Positions 1 to 13,108 of a stretch of 64,000 nt of DNA are shown here, piece after piece. Both the position numbers and the translations under genes were made by a program. The stretch lies in the NCBI GenBank assembly GCA_964016885.1, contig OZ024743.1:228718001-228782000 (forward strand). Reading direction: 5' to 3'. Position 1 is the first letter of the stretch. Every line of letters begins with the position of its first letter. The notes beneath the pieces were generated by a model. The model did not search any database and was not told the DNA's origin. It was given only the letters and a program-made list of their open reading frames with translations. This DNA is from Eledone cirrhosa (Eukaryota).

Positions 1-322
1 CTACCCCCACCTACACCACCCCTTTCGATGTAAAGTTATGTTGGTACCACAACATCCAGTCCTAAATAAATGAGGTCGTGTAGGTGTCACGACAAAAAAA
101 CACACAGTCCACGCTGAAATATGGCCGTTTAGGTAACATGGTAAAAACCTCCCAGTCCACACTGTAAACGTGGTTGGTGTTAGGAAGGGCATCCAGCTGT
201 AGAAAACCCGCCAGACAGTCCTATGCGAGCAAGACAACCAATCTTGCCTCAAGTGGGACAATTCCCGTCCAAACCCATGCTAGCGTGGAAGATGGACGTT
301 AAATGATGATGATGATGATGAT
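1..322 (+). mobile_element. 3' part of a SINE with (TGA)n tail (family with AGGAAGGGCATCCAGCTGTAGAAA motif)
   Basis: Motif taggaagggcatccagctgtagaaa, then acccatgctagc..ggacgttaaa(tga)n. The same module recurs at ~11385-11590, 16705-16878, 34245-34480 (-), 38325-38547 and 61690-61870. Confidence 0.75.
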
Positions 323-559
323 ATATATATATTGTGTATGTGTGCATGCTTCTTTTTATTAGACCTCCACCAAACTTAAAAAGAGCTAAGCAGTCCATGT
401 ATTTCCAGTAATCATTTCTAAATTCCAATAACAACAACAATGTCAATAGATATAAAATTAAAATCAAATTAATATTCTTTTCACATTCAGTTCTAAAAGA
501 ATGTTTTAATTCAATTGATTGAGAAGCTCAATACAGCTAAATAAATAATTGGCTGTAAT

Positions 560-880
560 ATATGTGTTCGACCTCTGTTGGTTCCAGCTGGAATGTGTGT
601 GTGTTTGATAAACAGAACAGCCTGCTCATGAAAATTATACAGCAAATGGCTGAGCATTTCAATGACATATGCATAGTTAATATAGTTCTCAGGTCGATTC
701 AGGTTGACACAGTGTGTGGTAAGGCTGACGTTTTGTATTACAGGTATAAGACATTTCGTTTTTAGGTAAATAAATTGGAACAGTGGGAAATAAAATATTA
801 TCTCACAAACACTGCTGGGAATTGTACTCACAACCTTGCAATCATGAGCTAAACATCCCTAAGCATAAAGTCATTCACCT
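560..880 (-). mobile_element. Degenerate tRNA-derived SINE
   Basis: Similar to the copies at 44665-44960 (+) and 61080-61355 (-); tRNA-like head near 820-880 on the minus strand. Confidence 0.5.
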
Positions 881-2564
881 TCTCAAGATTGCCTCAGTAA
901 ACCTTAGCATTATAGCATGACTCAACAGAAAAATGTATAAACTACATCTAAACCACATCATAGACCAAACAGAAGTAGGTATAATATATCCAATGTTTTA
1001 TTTAGTTGCCTCAACTGAAATGGGAATCGAACTTCTGATCTAGGAGTGCATGAAGTGATGATGTTTATCCATGTTGTCATGGTATCTCTAGGGTGATATA
1101 TAACTTGCCAAAATTGGTGCCTGATGCAGAGAAGTTTATGGAATTGCATAAAGAAAAAATATTCTATAGATATTTTAAGCCTAGGGTTGGGAAATGAGAA
1201 GTAAACATGCTTAATATCCTGTGAAATTATTTGAATAAACCCTGCTTGCGTTTCCCAGTGAGGAATACATTATGACAATGAAATTCTAGAGAAAGCCATC
1301 TGAGTAATTATTATCTTCACTATGAATAAAAATATTTAAATCTGCTCTGTTTGCAGCCATGTATATGAGCTGAATGACTCTATGGAAACAATCTCTGAAA
1401 ATATTCCATGCAGACTACTACTGAAACGATTTTCTAACAATGTTAAAATGCTGTTATCAATGTATTTTTAGAAATAAATCGAATGTTAAGCATGTAATAT
1501 GTGCGTAGTCTTCTTTCTGGGAAATGGAAAAAAAATTCATATTTTGGTTTTTAATAAATAAGATAGAGAAAACAAACTCTAAAATAATTTTCGAAATGAA
1601 AAAGCAAGATTAATGTTAATTCTCATGCTTATATAGTAAAGCTATGAAAAATCCTTTAGTTTACTGAAAAGAATTTCTTTAATAAAAATGAATGTTTAGA
1701 ATTAACATTTAATTAACTTCCAGCTTCATGAATATATTTTAATTAGGAAAAAATACTATTTTATAATGATATAATCTCTTTCTTTTCCTTTATTTAACTC
1801 TACTTGCTCAAGAAGTTTCATATATGTCCAGCCTCATTGCCATGCTTTGGTGCTCAGGAATGTGTTGGGGCTCAGAACATTCTGGACAGGAGCTCAGAAC
1901 ATTCTGGGCAGGAGCTCTTTCACAAAGAATGTACTTCAGGATGCTCTTTTTTCATAAACTATTTTCTAAATCTGAAGGTGCACTAATGAAAAGTAAATGG
2001 AGGTGCAGAGTTAGTGCCATTCTATAACTCCACCCCCACCTTGGGGGCAGGCCTGCCAATGTGTGTAAGACATTTGAGGACTGTCTATTGCTTGAGAGTA
2101 AATAACTTATAGCTTAGATACCTCACTGCACTCTGAGTTCAGATCCTGTTGAGAACAACTCTGCCTTTCAATCTGTCATTGCTGACAAAATAAAGTACCA
2201 GTCCAATGTTATAGATTGGGATAATTGATAAAACATCAGATGAGATACCTTGTGGTTATTTATTTGAATTCTTTGTATTCTAGATCCAAATTCTACTATA
2301 GCATGCTCGGGTGCTACACTTAACACTTAATTCATCAACCAATTTATAACACCGCTGCATGATACTTGGGTGTCATTAGCAGAGTCCAATCTATAGCAAG
2401 CATTTGGCCCAGTTTTCTGGCTTGATAAAACTTTTTCCTTTACTTAATAGTTGTGGAGGCCCAAAATATGCCATGAGCACTGTTCTTCCCTGTCTCACTA
2501 AAGAGTGAAGAAGAAAAAATGAAGAAAGCATGAAAATATGGGATAAGAAGAAGAAAGTTTACTG

Positions 2565-3050
2565 ATCATCATCATCATCGTTTTCTATCTGTTTTCTACC
2601 CTGGAATAGTTTGAATCTGTTGTCACCATCTAAGAACTACAAAAGTCAAATGACCTCATCTTACTTACATGGTCTATTTTGGAATAGCTTCTATAGCTCA
2701 ACGCATTTCCTAATGTTAAGCATTTTACAAAGTGTACTGGGTGCATTTTATCATGACATTAGCAGTACCACTTTACTGAGTGGACTGGATGTATTTTAAT
2801 GTGGAACCAGCACTACCATTTCACCAAGAGGATTGGATGCCTTTTATCTTGGCACCAGTAGTACCACTTTACCAAGTTGACTGGGTGCATCCTATCATGG
2901 CACTAGTACAAACACTTTACAGAGTAACTGGTTGCATTTTTTCATGGCACAATCACTACTACTTTCCCAGTTGACAGGGAGAATTTTATCATAGCACCAG
3001 CATTACAACTTTACAGAGTGAATTAGGTGCATTTAATCGTGGCATCAGTT
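2565..3050 (-). repeat. SINE-derived degenerate tandem array (~43-45 bp unit)
   Basis: About 7 diverged copies of ccactttacagagtggactgggtgcattttatcatggcaccag next to a (CAT)n SINE tail. Confidence 0.6.
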
Positions 3051-3320
3051 CACTTATAAATGTGTGGTTAGTAACAACTAGAGCAGAACTGATTTTAAAA
3101 TGTCAGTACAAAAATAACGTAAGTGAAGCCCAAAGAAAGTATATAAAGCTGACTGAAATGAACTAAGGTAGAGGCAAACAAAGAGAATCTGCCATTTAAC
3201 TCATCATTTTGCTACAATCAGATTAAGATGTGATTCTGATCAGGAGTTGCAACTGGCACATACTATCAATAATGAAAAACTAATGGATACATAGTTTTCT
3301 TGGTTCAATCTGACAATCAC

Positions 3321-3357
3321 CTCTTTTCTTTTTTTGTCTATCACATCTAGGTAAGAT
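3321..3357 (+). other. Candidate recursive splice site (acceptor directly fused to a donor)
   Basis: ctcttttctttttttgtctatcacatctAG|GTAAGA: pyrimidine tract, TAG, then a donor consensus at 3350/3351. Confidence 0.3.
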
Positions 3358-4124
3358 ATCAAATGCTATAGAAGCTTTTAACCTACTGTAGACTTTCTTG
3401 ATAGAAATAACAAGCATGACTGCATGCAACATTAACTTTTCAGACCTAGAGCTAAACAAAGCTTACCACTTTAATTGCAAAAGCAATTAACTCATAAGCA
3501 TATAAAATGGGAAAAAATATCAATTTAAAATGTTTCTCCATTTTCCTTTTTAATTAGTACTTTTAGATAATTAAAATTTTAGGCAAACTACCTACATGTT
3601 TTATTTGATAAAGGAAGATAAATGTGGTCCAATATTAACATGTATATTGAACGTTTTCATTTTCAACAGTCTAGCTTTGGAAAAAGCAAAAAAATAAAGC
3701 AATGAATATGCATTGACTTGTTTTCTAGCTTAATCCTCTTGAGTTGACTACTCTAAGTAAATAGCACCAAACTTGAGTCCAATAATTGTTTACCATAGCT
3801 ACAAGCCACAATCATAACAACTTTATTGAGCATAAACAAAAAAAACATGAAAGCGTAGTCAAGCCAAAGACATTTTATATGTGCTATTAAATATCTAAGA
3901 CTATAAATTTAACAATGTCGATATGATCTGACAAGTTAATTAGTTGTCTGGTTCAGCTTTAGGTTTCATATTGATTTCTGTTAATGAGGCATAAAAGGCC
4001 TTGAATGTTTAGGAAAGAGAAAAAAACAGGATGTTGTGATATTAATGCCTGTTAGCAAAAAGGATTCAACTAAGGACAAAAACTGGGTTGCTGATTTGCT
4101 ACACTTCTTGTCTTACTTCTGCAG

Positions 4125-4161
4125 CTCTTGGCAAATCTACGTTTGAAATGAGTTCAAAGCT
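4125..4161 (+). other. Candidate 37-nt exon
   Basis: Acceptor cttcttgtcttacttctgcAG, donor GTAAGT. One frame is open (xLGKSTFEMSSKL); no homology recognised. Confidence 0.2.
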
Positions 4162-6056
4162 GTAAGTATTATTTAGGTTATTAACGTATTCTTTTGTTTT
4201 CTAGCTGCATTATTTTCTGATTGGTGTATATTCTGTGATCCCCTACAGGTGTCATACTTTCATATCCTTCATTAAATTCTCAATCTTCATTTCTAACACT
4301 TTATTTCAATGCTTTTCTCCACTTTTCATAGAAAATAAAAGTTCTTAGTTGAAGCTAAATCCAAAAATATGTCTGCATGTATGAAATGGCATCTGAAGGC
4401 AATCAGAAATTAGACCAATCAATATGTAGCATTGATAAAAAAAATACAAACGACTTGATTAACAGTCTGAAAAAAGGAAACACTACTCCAGTAACTATTC
4501 ATGCCCCAAAATATAGACACACGTACACATACACACACACACATTATATTTTAAGGTATCTTGCTTAAATTTTCCATTTCAATTGCATACAATGTTCTAT
4601 TGCTGTTTCATTTCTTATACATGTGAATCTTCTTAAATGAAGCTTCAGTTTCATTAGCTTTTATTTTCTTGATTTTATGGAAACTAAAAAAATGAAAGTT
4701 TAGTCATTAGACAAACAGCCATGGTTTGCTAATTGGAAGAACAAGGTTGCAATTGGTCAGAGAATAATTATAACTGAAATGAAGCTTAACATTATAGATT
4801 GATTTTTAACTTGATATCTTGTAATGATTTAGCAGTGAATATCTAAAAGCAGGATTGTCAATTCAAATTTATATATTTTTTCTAGGGAACAGATCTTTAT
4901 AGAATTGTTCAGTGTTAAGGTAAAAGCATTAGTTCTCAATGTGATGCAGTAAAAATGCTGTTTGATACTTTCCAAGAATGCTTTGTTTCACTCATAGCAC
5001 CCTTTAAGGATTTAGTAAAATATTTATAGTATTTTTACAAATGAAGCGATCACTGTGAAAGCGTGCTATCTAGCCATAGAGTTGTTTTGTACTTGTCTTA
5101 CTAATGTCGCCTCATGCTATTGGGCACTAATTGCTAATTTATGAAGGATAAACTTAATTCTTAATACAATGTTTTAAATTGGCAAAGCTATGAATACAAC
5201 ATTTCAAAAATATTTCATCAAATTGACACTGCTGTTGAAAATATTTGACAAGTTTCAAACTTCAAAATGTCTACCTAAAGTCAATTTACCCATTTTCCCT
5301 ACGAATTGATATTGGCACCCAATCTGAAAATCATGGGTAGTGCCTTTCATTAGAAATATGATAATGAAAGGGTTAAATGTGAATTTACACAATATGTTAT
5401 TTATTAAGGAAGAGGCAGAATCAACATCCATTGGTCATTGTCTAGCAATCTCAGTACAAAACTTAAAAGAATATTCCCTCATACAAATAAAAAATTGTCA
5501 TTTCCTTTCTTTTTGTTTAGTTTCTTGCTTTATTTTAATATAGATATATATATTTCCTCCCAAAGGTAAAACCTCTGAGAGAAATAAGAGAAAATAATGC
5601 ATTTTAAAGGGTTAAACATGTAAGTTATTTAAACATCAAGTACTGAATGATTTTCTGATTTATTGCCAAGCTAAGTGACATTTTGCCGTAACTCTAACAG
5701 AACCCATTAATTTATTTGAATAACTAAAGATATAACTCTTTAAAAAAATAATCCCCCAAAAACAATATTTTCAAATGAATTACTGAAACAATACTGACAA
5801 GCTTACATGTGCAAGTATTTATACCTACACACATTCACATAAACACATACATGTATAATATTCAATATACATACACAATGTCATACTCAATAAACACATA
5901 TACATACACCAACATTTACATACATTCACACAAACAAACACAGTAAGTACATAGTGTGTGTTTTTTCAATTGTTTCTTTGTAGAAATAATACATCATGGT
6001 CAACAGTTATTTATTCATGAATCAACTTTTAATAAGTAAACAGCATAATAATAATA

Positions 6057-6095
<39 letters not shown>

Positions 6096-6669
6096 TGGAA
6101 AACTAAAAAAAATATGATAAAATAATAGCAAAAACTCAGAAAAGAAAAGAAATCGATTGGTTGGGTTTTAATATAAACTTGAAGTTCAATTGAAGTCAAA
6201 TTGAAACAATAAACAATATCAAGAAAAGCCAGGAAAGATAGAAAAAATACAATAACAAACCAAAGCTAAAATAAAATTAATGGAGTAAAATTGACAATGA
6301 ATTGTTCGGTTAGAAGTATATGATTAATCACCAATGAGATTGACTTTCAATATAATTATTGGTAGTCAATGTCTGAGAGAGAGAGGACAGAGGCCAATGC
6401 CATAGGAAAGTCACAGTCCAGTGTGATGATGCATAGGATGGAGATGGTGCAAGGCAAAATACAAAAGGCTGGTGTGGTGTGATGTGCAAAAATGCAAAGA
6501 TATAGAAACAATTGGAGGTTGGTGTTATACAAAGGCCAGAGGACAGTATCATACAATAGGTGGAGGATACCCTAAATGGGAAACAGAGTCTAGCTTCATA
6601 GGAAAATCAGAGACCAGTACTTTATCAAGGATTGAGATTGTTGTCCAAAGTGAGGCAGACCATGGTAGA

Positions 6670-7290
6670 CAATGAGTGGCGGTCAGAGGTAGAAAAGGTG
6701 TGAATACCAGTGGGATAGGAGTGACAACTAGTGGTATATTATGAGTAGAGTCCAGTGGCATACCATGAGTGGAGTCCAGTGGTAGACAATAAGTGGAGTC
6801 CAGTGGGTTACAATGAGAGAAAGACTAGTTGTATACAGAGTGTGGAGGCCAGGCGCATACACTGAGTTTAGGCCAGTGATATACAATGAGTGGAGGCACT
6901 GGTATATGAAAAATAAAAGACAGTGGTATAGAAAGAGTGAAAGCTAGTGGTATATGAAGAGTGAAGGCCAGTGATATACAATGAGTGGATGCACTGGTAT
7001 GTGAAGAGTGAAAGCCAATGGTATATGTAAAGGGGAGGCCAGTGGTATACAATGAGTGTAGGAAGTGGGAGACAAAGAGTAAAGGCCAGTGGTAGACAGA
7101 ATGAAGGCCAATGATATATAAGAGTGAAGGCCAGTGGGCTACATGACTGTAAGTCACTGTTGTATATAATGAGTGTAGGCCAGTGGTATATGGTGAGTGA
7201 AGGCTAGTGGTGATATATGAAAGGTGAATGTCAGTGACATATGCAAAGTGAAGGCCAATCATATACGAAGGGTGAAGGCTACTGTTCTAT
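6670..7290. repeat. Degenerate minisatellite (~24-26 bp unit)
   Basis: Repeated gagtgaaggccagtggtatatacaat-like units; accounts for the spurious ORF 6825..7262. Confidence 0.8.
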
Positions 7291-8357
7291 AAAGAATGAA
7301 GAACTTTGTAAAAGAAAAGACAGTAGTAGAAGATTGTTACCAAGATAAGATAAAGTATAACAGAGATGTATGGTTAGCAAAAGGCCCATATTAAATCTTT
7401 TTGAGGGGCAAAAAACTTAAAAGATAGTGGTATCATCCATATTTAAGAACAAAAAAACATTATTTTAGTGGTAAATACATTAAATTTGAATAAAACGGTG
7501 CTCCTCTTTTCTTGATGACGTAATTACTTGCTTATTTAGCTCAATGGTTAATCTAGACCTGGTCAGCACTAAACGAAACAGAGTGATCAATAAGCAAAGA
7601 ATTTATTGGTTAAAAAATGTCATATGATAAAATGATAAATATAAAGATGAGATCAAAGAAGCATAGGGGGCCAGAGCCTGAAGTGAAATGCTAGCTAAAA
7701 CGAGTGTCTGGCAGGTTGTTGTTGTGTGTGTGTGTATATATATATATATATACAACAGAACTAACACAAACACCGAATTCATTTGCTATGCAAGCAGAAG
7801 CAACCATAAGAGCAGAGTCTATTCAGCCTGCTTGTAAATAAATGCGCAATAAAGATAACATCAAAACTATTAGCAGTCAGATATTGTTACAGGGGAATAA
7901 AAATTAATTTTCATAGGGGGAAAATTGGTTAGATATTGAAGATACTAAAGCAAATCTATTCCCCGGGTGACGATGCAGGAACAATTAAGAAAAATTAGCC
8001 TTTTCGTCAAGAAAATAGGCAAGAGAAATCAATAGTGTTGCATGTGGTTACCATTTTTAGTGCATAGCTCTATTAAAAACAGCAACATTCTGTTTATCTA
8101 TTCATGAGATTATGAAGAACTAATTAGAAATACTTGGAATTAATTAAGTTCTACAGCAGTTACATGACTTTCGAAAACTATGTCTGCAGCTTCTTTAGAC
8201 AGGTTTTTATTTTCATTTTTATGAAAATAAATTTATTTTTTTATATGTTGTTTTATAAATTTTTAGTCTTTTATTTTAATTATATTTCTTTCATGTTCTC
8301 TCTTAGTATTTTAAAATAGATTAAAATACTATATTTTCTCTGTTTATTAAAGTACTT

Positions 8358-8513
8358 ATATACATACATATACATATATATATATATGCATATATACATG
8401 TATATATATATATGCATACATATATGCATACATATATGCATACATATATATATATATATATATATATGCATATATACATATATATATATATATGCATACA
8501 TATATAAATATAT

Positions 8514-8589
<76 letters not shown>

Positions 8590-8645
8590 CATACATATAC
8601 ACACACACATATATGCATACGTACATATATATATACATATATATT
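8358..8645. repeat. Compound (TA)n/(CA)n microsatellite
   Basis: Seen directly. Similar arrays at 32220-32890, 33280-33750, 40135-40305, 50270-50450, 52840-52970 and 60110-60500. Confidence 0.95.
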
Positions 8646-8646
8646 G

Positions 8647-8875
8647 AAGGCACATGGGTTAGTGGATAGAGTGTCAAGCTTACAATCATGAGGTTGAGAG
8701 TTCGATTCTCGAACCAGGCTCTTGTGTTGTGTTCTTGAGCAAAACATTATATTTCACATTGTTGCAGTTCACTCAGCTGTAGAAATAAGTTGCAACGTCA
8801 CTGGTGTGAAGCTGTACCGGCCTTTGCCTTACCCTTGGACAACACCAGTGGTGTGGAGATGGGAGACTTGTATTC
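8647..8875 (+). mobile_element. tRNA-derived CORE-type SINE
   Basis: A-box-like tgggttagtgg, B-box gagttcgattc, then CORE-like tgtgttcttgagcaaaacattatatttcac. Confidence 0.7.
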
Positions 8876-10930
8876 ATGGGTGACTTGTATGCATGTCTTC
8901 CACAAACAACCTTGCCTTGGAGAGGAGCTTTCTAGGTGCAAATACCATGGTCATTCATTACCAAAGAGGGACTTTACTTTTATTTATTGTGTTGTCAGCT
9001 TTTATCACCTCATCCCAAGATACATGTATATACATGCACACACACACATATGTTTTATATATATATATATATTCAGTCCAGTGTGAATGGAAGAAGGTCA
9101 TCTGCTCTGGTTTGGCCCACATTTGGACAACTTGCCTAACCCATGCTAGCATGGAAAAATGGACGCAAAATGATGATGATGATGATATGTATATCTTTTT
9201 TCATATATAAATGCACGTGTGTGTATACTGTAATTGTTTGTATTCTCATGTATGAATGTTAAAAGGCTTGAATTCATGAGAAAGATTATATTATAGATTA
9301 AATAAGTTAACTCTTTCATTTCAATTTTTTGTGATGTCTGCTATGCAATAAAATAAAGCAGTGTAACTTAGTTGATGCTAACAGCACACTAGCGGTTCAC
9401 ACCAATGTTATGACTATATCAACTGAATAAAAAACAAGCCAAAACAACTGATTGTCACTCTATCCTCTGGCCTACAGACATGATGTAATCTGTCTCTGCC
9501 ACTTCTACAACTACAGTGGCTTCTATTTCTCAGTGTTGACTAGCTAGATGGTTTAATGCTATTTCAATTTAATCACTCCCAATTCTCTTGCCCCCCCCCC
9601 TCTCTCCTTTTACTTCTTTTCCTCATTCTTGGCCAAATTCTTCTCATTGTTTACTTACATACAACTTGTAATAGTTAATAACGTTTTTATAGCAGAGAAG
9701 AGTATATAAAGGATGCCCCCTAAATATTTGGAGAGTCTCCATGACTGGTGGGTTGAAGGTGAGGAAGAAATAACTACTCATGTTTTGCTGCACTTGGAAA
9801 CAGCACATAAACATAAGTTATTCTCATAATGGAAATTTATTCTGAATACTAAAGGCTTCCAAGAGCCATGTGGTGGAGTTACACCATGCAGTAGATTGAG
9901 TCTACCACCTGAGAACAGATGTAGACCAAAGGGTTTTTGCACAGTTTTTCTTATTTCAGTTTCACTAAAAAGGGTTGGGTTGATCCAAAGCTTCAATAGA
10001 AGACTCTTGCTCAAGTCATCGTACAATCATATCAAACCAAGTGTGTAATCTTTAACTATTGTAATCAATGTCTATCTTAGGTCTATATTTGACTGCCAAG
10101 CAACATTTAATACCTAGAATTAAGATCTGACTTCTTAGCTTCACTTTCCCTGAAAGGGCCCCAGTATTTTTCCAAGTTCAAATAAATTAAATTATCTGCA
10201 AGCAAGTGAATAGGTTTAAACTAATATTAACAGGCATGTAAATTGAATAATTAAGCCAGCATTATAATAATTAACTAAAAAGCTTTACAATGAAATCAGA
10301 TATTCAGAGCAACAACTATCTTGAAAGCGAAATCACTTGTCACCAACAAATTCTTAAACGAATTACCAGCTAAGGACAAGTATTATCAAGAATTCATTCA
10401 ACCTTCGAGTCGTTAGTTTTCAAATGAGATCTTGAGTTGAATGCAGAGAATCTGTGTAAATAGAACTAATTTAACGTAAGTAATTGCCTATATCTAATTA
10501 CTATTTGAGACTCTTAGAAATTATCTATTTCCAAACACAGTTTGAAATAAATTTGTCAAAGACACAGCTACAATAGAGAAACAACAAAACAGAGAAAATA
10601 GTATATAGCAAAGAACCAGGAAGATAAATTGTGGAATGAAGTGCTATTTTCTATGCTAAGAATTCAGAATAAATATCTGAGATCACTAAGTGTTGATAAC
10701 ACTTTTGTGACCATTTCTTATGAAATACACTTGATTTCAATTAATTAATGAAGAAGTGTGAAAGATTTATTAAAGTTATAGTTATTTCATTGCTAAGATA
10801 GTAATTAGTGTATGGTTCTTATATAATACTACTGAGCTAGTGTTGATAACATTGCTGGAGATTCACATACGTAATAAAAGTTATTCATATTTATTAATGG
10901 GAAATCAGACTTGTGACACAGTTACACACA

Positions 10931-11130
10931 NNNNNNNNNNNNNNNNNNNNNNNNNNNNNNNNNNNNNNNNNNNNNNNNNNNNNNNNNNNNNNNNNNNNNN
11001 NNNNNNNNNNNNNNNNNNNNNNNNNNNNNNNNNNNNNNNNNNNNNNNNNNNNNNNNNNNNNNNNNNNNNNNNNNNNNNNNNNNNNNNNNNNNNNNNNNNN
11101 NNNNNNNNNNNNNNNNNNNNNNNNNNNNNN
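10931..11130. other. Assembly gap (200 N)
   Basis: Run of N. Confidence 1.
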
Positions 11131-11224
11131 GCGCCATAATAAAATACATGGAACTCTTTTAACCATCTTTTGATCTTATATATATATATATATATTATAA
11201 AATAACAGGAGGATGGACTGGTGT

Positions 11225-11313
11225 AATTCCTTAAAGGTTTATGAACATTTCAATGACCGGGCTCTGTATGAATCCGGTGATATCATCAGGTATTCGGAAT
11301 TTAACAAAGGAAT
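11225..11313 (-). ncRNA. Degenerate type I hammerhead ribozyme motif
   Basis: Minus strand: CTGATGA (11289-11283), stem II accggattc/gagcccggt, GAAA-TGTTCA-TA. Distal stem I pairs (ttcc..ttaaa/tttaa..ggaa) but proximal stem I does not. Confidence 0.45.
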
Positions 11314-12133
11314 ATAATAGACACAATCCATGGAGCTGAAAAGGCAGCAAGACAAGAAGGAGGCCAAACATTTAGCAGTTTCTAGTCTGCTCGGCCGCCT
11401 GACCAGCACTCACTGTAAATGAGGTTGGTGTTAGGAAGGGCACCCAGCTGTAGAAACCAAACCAAGCCAGAATCAGTTCCCGTATGAGCAAGACAAGGTC
11501 AGCCGATCGGACACTGCCCACAACAGGACAACACGTCTAACCCATGCTAGCATGGAAGAACGGACATAAAAGGTGATAATGATGATGATTTAAATAGAAA
11601 CCCTTTAAAATGGGTGGTTTTGTTTCACAGGACCAGAACCAATTTTGACTGGTTTGTTAACAAAAAGGAAAACCCTTTTGATACCAATCAGCTCTGGTTA
11701 TATATTCCTACGTCAGAAGCTATAAAATAAGAAGTGTGAAGCGATCAATAATGTTTGTTAGATCATAACCCAATTATCGATCTCTCTAAATTATAGGAAA
11801 GTAAATACTTATATCATATTGTTTTTATTATTATTATTATTATTTATTATTATTACAGAACAATCAGAACCATGAAAAAGGTTTTCATCATAGTTAATTT
11901 AAGGAGGAGAGGGGTGCACTTCCCATGTGCCCTCAAAGTGTCAGCTGGTTCAGGATTGGTGGGGGTACCTATTGGGCAATGTTCATTGTTGTATTTTTCT
12001 TGTTTATTGCTATTGTTTTTTAAATTGTTTACTCAATTTTTGTGTAAAACCCTCTCTGTCCCACTCAATTGTTTTGTTCCCTATATGTTGGCCCTTGTGG
12101 CCAATATATTAAACAATTTTTATTATTATTAGA

Positions 12134-12356
12134 AGGGCGGTAGATTGGCAGTATCGGTGGATGGTCAGATGCCATGCTTTGCAGCATAGAGTTACGACCC
12201 TTTGCAATCTGAGTTCAAATCCCGTCGAGGTTAACTTTGCTTTTCATCCTTACGGGGTCGATAAAATAAAGCACCAGTCACGCACTGGGGTCGATTTAAT
12301 CGACTTCCCCCTCCCCAAAAATTGCTGGCCTTGTGCCTATATAAGAAACCATTATT
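12134..12356 (+). mobile_element. tRNA-derived SINE (family with GCCTTTCATCC..GGTCGATAAAATAAAGTACCAG body)
   Basis: A-box tggcagtatcgg, B-box gagttcaaatccc, conserved body and ATT tail. Copies at 12578-12800, 45503-45677, 47444-47633 and 56290-56465 (+), and several on the minus strand. Confidence 0.8.
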
Positions 12357-13094
12357 ACAAAATAAAATAAAACTGTGGCCATGTGGTTAAATTGTTAATA
12401 TAGCAACCATCGGATTATATATTTGATCCCCATATCTAGCAGTTTGGGTAAGTGTTTTCGACAAGAGCTGTGTAAATGAAATTTATTAAACAAAATCCAT
12501 AGAAGCCATCCATATATGCATACATGTGTGTGAACTGGTGTGGGATAAACAAAATATTTTCTGCTATTTAGAAGCTCTAGGGTGGTGGATTGTCAGTATC
12601 AGTAGAGTGTCGGACACTATGCTTTGCAGCACAGAGTTTCGGTCCTTTACGTTCTGAGTTTAAATCCGGTCGAGGTTAGCTTTGCCTTTCATCCTTATGG
12701 GGTTGATAATATAAAGCACCAGTAATGCACTGAGGTCGATTTAATTGACTTTTCCCTTCCCACAAAACTGTGTTGGCCTTGTGCCTAAATCAGAAATAAA
12801 TTTTAGAAGTTCTGTCCATTTATGTCAAGTTTGACTTGCCTTTCATTTCATCTGGGCCAATAAAATAAGTACCAGTAATAAACTGATTGAAATTAATTAA
12901 TTTAATATATTATCTCTCTCTCAAGAAATTTTTATCTGGGTAGAAATAAATCAATATTTTAGAAATTAATTATACAGTTAATTAGGTGGCAATGTAGATT
13001 AATTTATATTATCTGAAGCATTAGAGTGAAATTGCAAATATACATGGAGGTATATTTGTGGTGTAATCAAACAATTAAAAATATACAAAATAGA

Positions 13095-13108
13095 GTTGCT
13101 ATGGTAAC
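13095..13108. promoter_or_regulatory. RFX X-box-like palindrome
   Basis: GTTGCTATGGTAAC matches the X-box consensus GTTGCCATGGCAAC at 12 of 14 positions; lies in non-repeat sequence. Confidence 0.3.

Noticed and set aside
1869-1916. 22-bp tandem duplication (similar 21-bp case near 41270-41310)
   Set aside because: Ordinary local slippage duplication.
6670-7290. Regularly spaced repeats resembling a CRISPR array
   Set aside because: Degenerate tandem units without unique spacers, in eukaryotic context with no cas genes.
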